A DNA stretch of 25,342 nt from Candidatus Cloacimonadota bacterium (lineage in GTDB: Bacteria; Cloacimonadota; Cloacimonadia; Cloacimonadales; WRIO01), in the NCBI GenBank assembly GCA_029564175.1, contig JAKQQL010000265.1, forward strand, positions 1 through 25,342, written 5' to 3'. Under the pieces are notes generated by a model. The model ran no database searches and was not told the DNA's origin. It worked only from the letters and a program-made list of their open reading frames with translations. Positions 1-8,852 of this stretch are shown here, in pieces. The position numbers and the translations under genes were made by a program. Numbering within the stretch: position 1 is the first letter of the stretch; every line of letters starts with the position of its first letter.

Positions 1-11
1 ATTAAAATAAG

Positions 12-40
12 TTGACTGAAAAATCGCTTTAAGAAATGAT
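12..40 (+). promoter_or_regulatory. Possible sigma70-type promoter for the TrmH-DusB cluster
   Basis: TTGACT (12-17), 17-bp spacer, AATGAT (35-40, weak -10); AAGGA RBS-like at 47-51 before ATG 58. Confidence 0.35.
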
Positions 41-57
41 GTTATCAAGGATATTGT

Positions 58-840
58 ATGCAGAAAATTAGTATAAAAGATTTTAAGAATTTGAAGAATC
101 TGACACAGAAAAAACACAGAAAACAGCAACAGATGCTGATAGTAGAAGGTGAAAATATCATTTTTCAACTGCTTGATAACCACCTGAAGCCTGAACACAT
201 CTATATCACGGAATCTTATCTGAATACCCATTACCAGTATCTTGAAAAACATATCAGCTGGTCTGAAGATATTAAAGAAAGAATACAACTGATTGACCCA
301 CAAAAAGTTAAACAGGTAACAGACACAGAAAGCCCTCAAGATATTATCGCAACAGTTCATTTTAGCCCGACACCTGTAAATGAAAATGGAAGACTCTTGT
401 ATCTTGATGGGATTCAGGATCCAGGTAATATGGGGACAATCCTTCGAACTGCTTTAGCTGCTGGTATTGACGGCGTGTTAATCTCTCCTGAATGTTGTGA
501 TGTCATGAACCCAAAAGTGGTTCGTTCCTCTTTAGGAGCTATTTTCTTTTGTCCATTATCTTTCAGTAATCCAGAATTTTTAACACAAAATCATTATCAT
601 ATCATCGCCAGTACACTTGCTGATTCAAAATCAATCTATGAATTAAAGAATATACCAGCAAAAAGCGTTATCGTGATAGGTTCAGAATCAAAAGGGATTT
701 CAGACATTTTGAGTCAAAATGCACATGAAAAAATACATATACCGATGACTCCTAAAATAGAATCTCTAAACGCAGCAATATCTGCCGCAATCATACTATA
801 TTACATAAAAGGCATAGAAATCAATGAATATAAGTCTTGA
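58..840 (+). CDS. TrmH/SpoU family RNA 2'-O-ribose methyltransferase (SPOUT)
   Basis: SpoU motifs LDGIQDPGNMGTILRTA, VIGSESKG and IPM..KIESLNAA; N-terminal substrate-binding region with IVEG. Confidence 0.93.
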   Translation: MQKISIKDFKNLKNLTQKKHRKQQQMLIVEGENIIFQLLDNHLKPEHIYITESYLNTHYQYLEKHISWSEDIKERIQLIDPQKVKQVTDTESPQDIIATVHFSPTPVNENGRLLYLDGIQDPGNMGTILRTALAAGIDGVLISPECCDVMNPKVVRSSLGAIFFCPLSFSNPEFLTQNHYHIIASTLADSKSIYELKNIPAKSVIVIGSESKGISDILSQNAHEKIHIPMTPKIESLNAAISAAIILYYIKGIEINEYKS

Positions 841-1900
841 AGAAAAAATTAGAAATATTTCAAACAAAAAATTATGGCTGGCTCCTCTGGCTGGTTACAC
901 GGACAGATACTACCGTCAGGTAGCAAAAGAATGTGGCGCTGATGTTCTTGTCAGCGAAATGGTGAGTGCAGATGGTTTAAAACATGCATTTACCCGAACT
1001 AAAAGTTATGTGGAATTCTACGAAGGCGAAAGACCTTATGGCGTTCAGTTATTCGGAGATGATCCGGATACAATGCAAAAAGCAGCTGAGAAAATCTTAG
1101 CTTATTTTGAAAACTTCTCTGAAGAAGAAATTAAGGACAGACAAACTCCAAAATCACTGACTGAAGACCTCAGAAACGATCCATTAGCCGTATCCATACC
1201 TGACTTTCTGGATATCAATATGGGCTGTCCTGTTAAAAAAGTTGTCAAACGAAAAGCGGGTTCTGCACTGATGCGAGAACCAAAATTGGCAGAAGATATC
1301 ATTAAAGCTGTAAAATCAGTGTGCATCAGGTATAATATCCCTTTAACTGTTAAGATACGTGCCGGATGGGATCTTGAATCAATAAACGGTGTTGAATTTG
1401 CAATAATGGCTGAGCAGGCAGGAGCTGATGTAATTGCAGTTCATCCCCGAACCAGAAGCCAGCTTTTTACAGGGAAAAGTAACTGGGATATTATTCGTCA
1501 GGTAAAAGATGTCGTTAAAGTCCCTGTAATAGGAAATGGTGATATTAATAGCCCTGAAGATGCGATCGCAATGCTTGAACAAACCAATTGCGATTCACTC
1601 ATGATTGGAAGAGGTGCCATTGGTAATCCATGGATTTTTTACTATGTAAAACAGGTTCTCAATAATCAAAACATCCATACATTAAACCCTCTGGACAGAT
1701 TACCTATAGTACTAAAGCATTTAGATCTTATCTATCATTCAGATGAACCCAAAAAACTGTTTCAAATCCGTTCACATCTGGCTCATTATACGAAAGGCTT
1801 AATTAACTCATCTAAAGCCAGAGAAATAATTTTTCAATCTTTAGATTATGAACTAATCAGAAAAACACTGGAAGACTTATTTTATGGGAACAATATTTAA
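824..1900 (+). CDS. dusB: tRNA-dihydrouridine synthase, DusB-like
   Basis: LAPLAGYTD, SEMVS, VQLFG, DINMGCP (catalytic Cys), GSALM, TVKIRAGWD, AVHPRT, PVIGNGDI and MIGRGAIGNPWIF motifs. Overlaps the upstream gene by 17 nt. Confidence 0.92.
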   Translation: MNISLEEKIRNISNKKLWLAPLAGYTDRYYRQVAKECGADVLVSEMVSADGLKHAFTRTKSYVEFYEGERPYGVQLFGDDPDTMQKAAEKILAYFENFSEEEIKDRQTPKSLTEDLRNDPLAVSIPDFLDINMGCPVKKVVKRKAGSALMREPKLAEDIIKAVKSVCIRYNIPLTVKIRAGWDLESINGVEFAIMAEQAGADVIAVHPRTRSQLFTGKSNWDIIRQVKDVVKVPVIGNGDINSPEDAIAMLEQTNCDSLMIGRGAIGNPWIFYYVKQVLNNQNIHTLNPLDRLPIVLKHLDLIYHSDEPKKLFQIRSHLAHYTKGLINSSKAREIIFQSLDYELIRKTLEDLFYGNNI

Positions 1901-2744
1901 TTATATCGCACAAGCCAAGTATCTTGCAAGCAGAAACTGGATACTGGCTGTTAATGTATTAGAAAATGCAATAGAAGAAAATCCTGAAGAAGCAATTCTA
2001 CATGCAGAACTTGCTGAAATTTTCATTTCAAAAAATGAATTTAACAAAGCAATCAAATATTTAAAAGAAGCAATCCGTTTAGATACGAAAAATGAACATT
2101 TTATTTTTAAACTGGGTAATTGCTATGTTTCACAAAAAAAACATGCTAAAGCGATACAGACCTACAATGGAATAAAAAATTTCATACCTGAGGCTATTTT
2201 TAACAAAGCAGTTGCTTACAATACCTTGGGAAAATACGATAAGGCTCAGGAATGCCTGGATTTACTGATAGAAAAAAAAGCTGATATAGATGCAGTATAT
2301 GTACTCAGCTTTGAAAATCTGCTGATGGCAGAAGATTTTGAAAGATTGCAAAATTACGTTGAACCTATGCGAAGCAGAATTGGAGAACACCCAGAATTCA
2401 ATTATCTTGTCGGACAGTATTATTATGGTAAAAAGAATTATATTGCTGCTTATTCAGAATTTTTAAAAGCCAAAGAAAAAAATTATTATACCGATGTGTT
2501 ATCCCATTTTTTCGCATTAACAGCGTTTGAAATTGGAAAAGTTCAACAAGCTTTGGAGATTTTGGATCAAGGCATCAAAGATTTTCCTGATTTTGATTTT
2601 TTAATTTATGACCGAATTCGCATCAATCTTTTATTGAAGAATAAACGCAAAGCAAATGCTGATTTAAAAAGACTTAAAAATAAAAATTCTCACATAACTA
2701 AAGACGCTGAAATGCTCTTCTTCTCATACAATATTCTTAAATGA
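1884..2744 (+). CDS. Tetratricopeptide repeat protein (no signal peptide, likely cytoplasmic)
   Basis: Recurring ~34-aa helical units (LAEIFISKNEFNKAIKYLKEAIRLD; LGNCYVSQKKHAKAI; KAVAYNTLGKYDKAQECL). Overlaps dusB by 17 nt. Confidence 0.85.
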   Translation: MGTIFNYIAQAKYLASRNWILAVNVLENAIEENPEEAILHAELAEIFISKNEFNKAIKYLKEAIRLDTKNEHFIFKLGNCYVSQKKHAKAIQTYNGIKNFIPEAIFNKAVAYNTLGKYDKAQECLDLLIEKKADIDAVYVLSFENLLMAEDFERLQNYVEPMRSRIGEHPEFNYLVGQYYYGKKNYIAAYSEFLKAKEKNYYTDVLSHFFALTAFEIGKVQQALEILDQGIKDFPDFDFLIYDRIRINLLLKNKRKANADLKRLKNKNSHITKDAEMLFFSYNILK

Positions 2745-4663
2745 AAACACTGTTATTGATACAATTGCCTGTTCCTCAGTTAAACTTTCCTAAACAATCA
2801 GGAAATATACCGCTTGCTGGGGCTTACCTCAAGCAAGTCTTAAAACTCAACACAGGTTTAAAAACGGAGATTCTTCCTGAGAGTATCAGTACATGGTACA
2901 GCGATTCAGCTCTTATCAGTTATATTGAGAAAATAAAGCCTGATTTTATTGGTTTCACAATCTATTGCTGGAATATCAGTAGAAGCATTTACCTTCATAA
3001 TGAATTAAAAAAGAGATTTTCTTTTATTTCAATCGCAGGCGGACCAGAGATTACCAAAGATAATTATCTACTGATAAATCATCCTTTTAATTATATCCTA
3101 TATGGAGAAGGTGAAGTCTCATTTTGTCATTTAATGAGCCAGCTAACTGCCACTGAGACATATCCTGTGTCGATAGAGAAAACCTTATATTCTCCTTATC
3201 TGGATAACAGTTTTGAGAATTTTATTGAAAAGACCATGTTTTTAGAGACTCAAAGAGGCTGCCCATACGAATGTGGATTTTGTTATTATAATAAATCACG
3301 TGATAAAGTTATTCAGTTTAAAGAAGACGATGTCCTTAAAGCCATTCAGTACGCATGGGATAGTCCTGATATCAATCAAGTCTATTTAATGGATCCTTCG
3401 TTAAATACCCGTCAAAACCTGAAACACCTGATATCTAAAATTATTGAGATAAATAAAAATAACAAACTTTCCTTTTATAGTGAAATCAGAGCCGAGTCCG
3501 TAAATTTTGAATGGGCTGAATTGTTTGCAAAAGCTGGATTTAAGGAGTTTGAAGTTGGATTACAGTCAACAAATCCTAAAGCTCTGGAAATCATGAAAAG
3601 GCCATCTGATTTAAAAGCATTTCTGGAAGGTTGTAAGGCGATGCAATACTTTGATATCGTACCAAAGGTAGATTTGATTGCAGGTCTCCCTGGAGACAAT
3701 CCAGCATGTTTTAGAGATTCAGTTGATTTTGTTTATGATAATGAAATTGACGAAAATATGCAAGTGTTTGCTCTCTCAGTTTTACCAGGAACTCACTACC
3801 GTAAAACAGCCTCATATCACCATCTTGAATATCAACAGCAACCACCCTATTATGTTCAAAAAACAGAATCGTTTGAATGGGAAGATATCTTTAATAGTTT
3901 TCGTTATGCAGAAAAAAAACTAAACATCAACCTCTTCCCTGCTCCTTGTGCTGATTTGGCATTAAAATCAATTCCAACTAAAACAGACAAACCCTTTTCA
4001 AAAGTACATTTTTCTGGTGAATGTAGTGAAGAGACTGTGATTCAGCTGTCAAACAATCTGTGTGCTCCATATCAGGTTATTTTTGACAATTCAGTTCAGA
4101 ATATCAGATTTATTAAACTGGTCATACAGACATTTACTCAGAATAACCCATTTACGCCCTTTGAGATTATATTTTTTGAACCAAAACTCAATCATTTAGA
4201 AGAAATTGTTGAAAATTTTAGTGCTCATGCCAAACCTTCTTTTCTGGATAATGATATGGAATATTCCAGTCCGGTAAAAGTAAATTGCTCATACTGGCTA
4301 ACCATCATCAGCAGTCAGTCCATTTTATGCTATAAAAAGCATAATACCCGCCAACTGTTTCACTGGAGAAATGACACAATGCCAGAGCTTTCAGATTTGT
4401 TAAAATACTCCCATTTGAAGGGTATTTATATCAATAATAACTGTACAGTTGAATCTTTAAACAATTGGCAAAACAGATTTGAATCTGAGTTAAATCAAGA
4501 CAGCAGTTTGAATATCTTAACCAATCTTGATTTTACTCCTGAAAATTTCTTTTCTTTTCATTCTGAAGTTAATCAAAGACATTGGTTAAAAAAATTTTCC
4601 GCAGAAGAATTTTGTCTTGATATTTCTCATAACATCTACCACGTTACTAACGACCATCTATAG
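2741..4663 (+). CDS. B12-binding-domain radical SAM protein with long C-terminal extension
   Basis: RGCPYECGFC (C174/C178/C181, nt 3260-3283). N-terminal cobalamin-binding-type segment (PLAGAYLK...PDFIGFTIYCWN...GGPE...GEGE), then EVGLQS and DLIAGLPGD. ATGA overlap with the TPR gene. Confidence 0.88.
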   Translation: MKTLLLIQLPVPQLNFPKQSGNIPLAGAYLKQVLKLNTGLKTEILPESISTWYSDSALISYIEKIKPDFIGFTIYCWNISRSIYLHNELKKRFSFISIAGGPEITKDNYLLINHPFNYILYGEGEVSFCHLMSQLTATETYPVSIEKTLYSPYLDNSFENFIEKTMFLETQRGCPYECGFCYYNKSRDKVIQFKEDDVLKAIQYAWDSPDINQVYLMDPSLNTRQNLKHLISKIIEINKNNKLSFYSEIRAESVNFEWAELFAKAGFKEFEVGLQSTNPKALEIMKRPSDLKAFLEGCKAMQYFDIVPKVDLIAGLPGDNPACFRDSVDFVYDNEIDENMQVFALSVLPGTHYRKTASYHHLEYQQQPPYYVQKTESFEWEDIFNSFRYAEKKLNINLFPAPCADLALKSIPTKTDKPFSKVHFSGECSEETVIQLSNNLCAPYQVIFDNSVQNIRFIKLVIQTFTQNNPFTPFEIIFFEPKLNHLEEIVENFSAHAKPSFLDNDMEYSSPVKVNCSYWLTIISSQSILCYKKHNTRQLFHWRNDTMPELSDLLKYSHLKGIYINNNCTVESLNNWQNRFESELNQDSSLNILTNLDFTPENFFSFHSEVNQRHWLKKFSAEEFCLDISHNIYHVTNDHL

Positions 4664-4706
4664 CATCTTTTATACGCTGAGATAACATTCAAACCAGGAG
4701 GAATTT

Positions 4707-5393
4707 ATGAATTATGTGATTAAAACAGAAGATATTAAAAAAGTATATCACATGGGTTCTGTTGATGTTCATGCCCTCAAATCAGCAAACATTCAAATTG
4801 AATCAGGTGAATTTGTCTCTATCATGGGACCTTCAGGATCAGGAAAATCAACATTGATGCACATTTTAGGTTGTCTGGACAGTCCATCCTCTGGTCAATA
4901 TTTTCTCGATAATGAAGAGGTCAGTCAATTTTCTAAAAATAAACTGGCATGGATTAGAAATATCAAAATTGGTTTTGTTTTTCAAACGTTTAACTTGTTA
5001 CCACATCTCAATATATTAAAAAACGTTGAGCTTCCTTTAATGTACGCTGGTATTCATGCAGGAAAAAGAGGTAAGATTGCATCTGATCTGCTGGACAGAC
5101 TCGGTTTAGGGGACAGATTGCATCATAAACCATCAGAATTATCAGGTGGTCAGAGACAAAGGGTTGCGATTGCCCGTGCTGTCATAAACAACCCAGCTAT
5201 CATTCTGGCTGATGAACCTACCGGTAACCTCGATTCTCAGTCAGGAAGTGATATTCTGACGATATTTAAAGAATTACATCAGGAAAAAAATACGATCATT
5301 ATGGTAACACATGACCCTCATATTGCTAAAATCGCAGATAGAACCATCACACTGAAAGATGGAGAGGTGATAAATGGCCATATCTCTCAGTGA
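4707..5393 (+). CDS. ABC transporter ATP-binding protein, LolD/MacB (type VII) family
   Basis: Walker A GPSGSGKST, GFVFQTFNL, signature LSGGQRQR, Walker B LADEPTGNLD, VTHD. RBS AGGAGG at 4696-4701. Confidence 0.95.
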   Translation: MNYVIKTEDIKKVYHMGSVDVHALKSANIQIESGEFVSIMGPSGSGKSTLMHILGCLDSPSSGQYFLDNEEVSQFSKNKLAWIRNIKIGFVFQTFNLLPHLNILKNVELPLMYAGIHAGKRGKIASDLLDRLGLGDRLHHKPSELSGGQRQRVAIARAVINNPAIILADEPTGNLDSQSGSDILTIFKELHQEKNTIIMVTHDPHIAKIADRTITLKDGEVINGHISQ

Positions 5394-6600
5394 AAGTATT
5401 CAGGTCGGATTTCAAGATTTCTGGACCAGAAAGCTCAGGAGTTTAGTTACAATTTTAGGCATCATTCTCGGTACAATGTCGATTATTGTAATATTGTCAC
5501 TTGTAAATGGGATGAATCAGCAAACAATGAAATGGATGACTGAAAGAGGCGGATTAACTAAAATTACCGTATCAAGAAACTGGGAAGCAAAAAATCCATT
5601 AAATTTACCAGAATTCTTTACGTTAAAAGAAGTAAATCTCATAAAAAACCTGATTCCTGAAGCTGATTATTTTAATGCGACCATCTACAATCGATCTCAA
5701 GTAAAATTTGCTTCCAACAATACCTTTAGCAGAATGGTCGGTACTTTTACAGATTTTGAAAAAGTAGAAGAATGGACTGCTGACAGAGGAAGATTTATAA
5801 AATCCTTTGATATTGACGAGAGCAACAATGTCATCGTTTTAGGAAACACTATTAAAGAAGAACTCTTTGGTTCAAAAAACCCCATTGGTAAAACTGTAAC
5901 AGTTGAAAACCAGCAACTGACTGTGATTGGCGTAATGAAATATCGTTTCATGGAATCCAGCGGTAATATTTTTACAGACAATCCTTTTGAATACATGAAC
6001 AGGACATCTGTCATACCCATAAGTACAATGATAAATAAATTTGGTCAAAAGGATGCAATTGATGAACTGACAATTAAAGCAAAATCTCCTGAAGAGGCCA
6101 TTGTTTTAAAAGAAAAATTAGAAGATATTATATTCAATTTGAGAAGAGGGCAGGCAATTTTTAACGTTGAATCTGCTAAGGAAGAAGCTGAAAAAATGCA
6201 GGAAAGTGCTGCTATGTTTAAAATAATTTTCTTCTTTATCAGTTCAATTTCACTATTGGTAGGGGGAATTGTCATCATGAACATCATGCTGGCAAGTGTT
6301 CAGGAACGCACTCGGGAAATAGGTATTAGATTAGCTGTAGGTGCCAGAAGATTTGATATTTTTCTTCAATTCCTCATTCAGTCTGTTGTTATCACTTTTA
6401 TTGGTGGTGTCATTGGTGTTATAACAGGAGTATCCATTGTAAAATATGTGGGGAAATTCCTGAATGTCAGCACTATGGTTGACATGTCTATGATTTATAT
6501 CGCTTTACTCGTATCAGTAGGTGTTGGATTGATTTTTGGTATTTTTCCTTCATTAAGAGCCAGTAATCTTAACCCTGTCGATGCACTGAGATATGAATAA
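5374..6600 (+). CDS. ABC transporter permease, MacB/FtsX family
   Basis: RSLVTILGIILG TM1, large extracytoplasmic domain, SLLVGGIVIMNIMLASVQERTREIGIRLAVGA, and C-terminal PSLRASNLNPVDALRYE. Confidence 0.95.
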   Translation: MAISLSESIQVGFQDFWTRKLRSLVTILGIILGTMSIIVILSLVNGMNQQTMKWMTERGGLTKITVSRNWEAKNPLNLPEFFTLKEVNLIKNLIPEADYFNATIYNRSQVKFASNNTFSRMVGTFTDFEKVEEWTADRGRFIKSFDIDESNNVIVLGNTIKEELFGSKNPIGKTVTVENQQLTVIGVMKYRFMESSGNIFTDNPFEYMNRTSVIPISTMINKFGQKDAIDELTIKAKSPEEAIVLKEKLEDIIFNLRRGQAIFNVESAKEEAEKMQESAAMFKIIFFFISSISLLVGGIVIMNIMLASVQERTREIGIRLAVGARRFDIFLQFLIQSVVITFIGGVIGVITGVSIVKYVGKFLNVSTMVDMSMIYIALLVSVGVGLIFGIFPSLRASNLNPVDALRYE

Positions 6601-6727
6601 TAATTATACAGTATTCACATACTGTCAGTACCCTGTTTGCCAAAAACAGACCAGAATAACATCACTTACGAAAGACACAAATACAGGTTGCATGGATCAC
6701 AAAATCTCTATTTTTATACAAAGGTAA

Positions 6728-7714
6728 ATGCAGATGAAAAAAAAATCATTCATACAGCACTCGCTTATCTATAAAATAATCTCCAAAAAAATAATGTCTT
6801 TTAAAATATTTGCAAAAAGACTAAATCATGAAAAAGTAATGAAAGAAGCCTCTAATCTAACCTTTGTAACAGTTTTAGGCTTTGTTCCGTTTTTATTGTT
6901 TATTCTCTTTTTATTACCTGAAATTTCTTTTTTGAATATTCAGGACGTTTTGAAGAAATATATCATTTCAACATTTCTTCCTGAATCTGCAGATATGATT
7001 ATCAATCAGGTTAATGAACTGATGAATAACACCATTCAAATGAATATATTTAATGTTATAATGGTTGTTATAACTTCCTATTCTCTTTTTGCCTCTATTT
7101 CTAGTACTTTTGATAAGATTTTAAAAATTGAATCTAATGAACAAAAAAATATCATTAACACCTTACAAAAATTCTTTGGAACTATCATTTTTGGTTTTTT
7201 AACAATAGTGCTCTTGTTTTCCATGTCATCGTTACCTTATTTTTCTTTAATCTTTGAACATTACTTTGTTAAGTTGCTGATCAGTAAATTATTACCAATG
7301 ATAATCTGGTTTATTCTTATCTTTTTTATTTACTTTTTTGTACCTTCAAAAAGACTTAAAACGAGTTATATCGCATTATCAGCAATCTATTCTGCTATCG
7401 CATGGTTGTTCCTAAAAAATGGTTTTGACTGGTATATCACCCATATGACACGTATGCAGGTTTTTTACGGAGTTATCGCTTCTTTCCCCATTTTTTTGTT
7501 CTGGATTTATGCAAACTGGATTATTGTTTTAGGCGGAATTGTCTATCTTTCAAGTCTGACAAATAAACAGATGAAGAAAAAAGTCAGAATCGAAAAGATT
7601 ACAAAAATTGTTATTGAGGAAGAAAAGGAACTCTTTCTGATAGAAGATCAACCGCTAAACGATTTGCAAACAAAAGAACTGGTAAAACTAATAAAAGAAA
7701 AATTATCAAGTTGA
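6728..7714 (+). CDS. YihY/virulence factor BrkB family inner-membrane protein (start uncertain: 6728, 6734 or 6794)
   Basis: ASNLTFVTVLGFVP, IYFFVP and YGVIASFPIFLFWIYANWIIVLGG match the YihY pattern; about 6 hydrophobic segments. Confidence 0.85.
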   Translation: MQMKKKSFIQHSLIYKIISKKIMSFKIFAKRLNHEKVMKEASNLTFVTVLGFVPFLLFILFLLPEISFLNIQDVLKKYIISTFLPESADMIINQVNELMNNTIQMNIFNVIMVVITSYSLFASISSTFDKILKIESNEQKNIINTLQKFFGTIIFGFLTIVLLFSMSSLPYFSLIFEHYFVKLLISKLLPMIIWFILIFFIYFFVPSKRLKTSYIALSAIYSAIAWLFLKNGFDWYITHMTRMQVFYGVIASFPIFLFWIYANWIIVLGGIVYLSSLTNKQMKKKVRIEKITKIVIEEEKELFLIEDQPLNDLQTKELVKLIKEKLSS

Positions 7715-7815
7715 ATATTGGAAACAAGACCCATAACAATCAATATAAAAGTATAATTCAAAACAAATCAACCCATTTCTGGACTAAAAATTGCTTAAGT
7801 TCATTATGACTTTAA

Positions 7816-7843
7816 TTGACAGATTTTTTTAATCTGAAAGATT
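7816..7843 (+). promoter_or_regulatory. Possible promoter with palindromic operator upstream of the GldA-like operon
   Basis: TTGACA at 7816-7821 but only a weak -10 (AAGATT 7838-7843); CAGATT-N5-AATCTG palindrome at 7820-7836. Confidence 0.35.
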
Positions 7844-7865
7844 GACTTAAAGATAAGAGGTGATA

Positions 7866-8852
7866 ATGATAAGAATTAAGGAACTTTGTAAATATTATGG
7901 TGATATTAAGGCAGTTGATGGTATCAGCCTTGAAATCAGAGAAGGCGAGATCACAGGCTTTTTAGGGCCAAATGGAGCTGGAAAATCAAGTACTCTGAAA
8001 ATACTTGCTGGTTATAATAAAGCAGATTCCGGTTCTCTGAGTATTAATCAGCTTGGCTATGACAGCCATCCTGAAAAGTTAAAACAAATGATTGGTTATT
8101 TGCCTGAGCTAAATCCGCTTTATACAGAGCTGAGTGTTTATGAATATTTAAAATTTATTGCTGAAATCAGAGGTATCACAGGGAGCTCATTTGAAGAAAA
8201 TTTAAAACAGGTATCACAAAAATGTGGTTTAACAGATAGACTCAGCCAGTCAATTTCAACACTTTCAAAGGGTTACAAACAACGTGTAGGACTTGCTCAG
8301 GCGATCATCCATCAGCCTCCTGTGTTAATCCTTGATGAACCAACTAACGGTCTGGACCCAAATCAGATCATTGAAATCCGTTCTTTAATAAGAGAGTTAG
8401 GTAAGGAAAAAACCGTAATAATCTCCAGTCATATTTTACAGGAAGTTCAGGCAATCTGTGACCGGATTGTTATTATTCATCAGGGAAAAATAGTTGCAGA
8501 TTCCCCTAAAGCAGAACTACTTAAAGGATTACAAAACAGACAATCCATTGAGATGGAGATTACCCGAATATCCCTAAGTCAAAATGATTTATTAAGACAG
8601 TTTCCTTCTCTTCAAATCAAACTTTTTGAGATTGGAGAACACACAATCCGAATATCCTGCGAAATACAACAAAGTAATGATTTTCGTCTGGAATTATCAA
8701 AATATCTAAGTAGTATGAACGCAACAGTCATTGAGTTAAAAGCACACACTTATTCTCTTGAAGATGTATTTCATCAGCTCACCCGAGAGAATAGATCTGA
8801 ACTACAGAATGAACAAACAAAACAGAGCAACAGGAAAAAGGCGGATAAATGA
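7866..8852 (+). CDS. ABC transporter ATP-binding protein, GldA-like (ABC-2 type); ATG 7866 preferred over GTG 7860
   Basis: GPNGAGKS, IGYLPE, LSKGYKQRVGLAQA, ILDEPTNGLDPNQI, ISSHIL and SLEDVF. GAGGTGAT SD at 7857-7864. Confidence 0.92.
   Translation: MIRIKELCKYYGDIKAVDGISLEIREGEITGFLGPNGAGKSSTLKILAGYNKADSGSLSINQLGYDSHPEKLKQMIGYLPELNPLYTELSVYEYLKFIAEIRGITGSSFEENLKQVSQKCGLTDRLSQSISTLSKGYKQRVGLAQAIIHQPPVLILDEPTNGLDPNQIIEIRSLIRELGKEKTVIISSHILQEVQAICDRIVIIHQGKIVADSPKAELLKGLQNRQSIEMEITRISLSQNDLLRQFPSLQIKLFEIGEHTIRISCEIQQSNDFRLELSKYLSSMNATVIELKAHTYSLEDVFHQLTRENRSELQNEQTKQSNRKKADK

Noticed and set aside
1102..1582. Minus-strand ORFs 1102-1326 and 1379-1582
   Set aside because: Antisense shadows inside dusB with no motifs.
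3475..3923. ORFs 3475-3699 (-) and 3678-3923 (+, alternate frame)
   Set aside because: Fully nested in the radical SAM gene; no recognisable features.
5697..6287. Minus-strand ORFs 5697-6020 and 6045-6287
   Set aside because: Antisense to the conserved MacB-like permease; typical shadow ORFs.
6737..6745. A9 tract at the YihY 5' end as a phase-variation site
   Set aside because: In frame (Lys codons), start uncertain, and A7-A9 runs are common throughout this AT-rich window.
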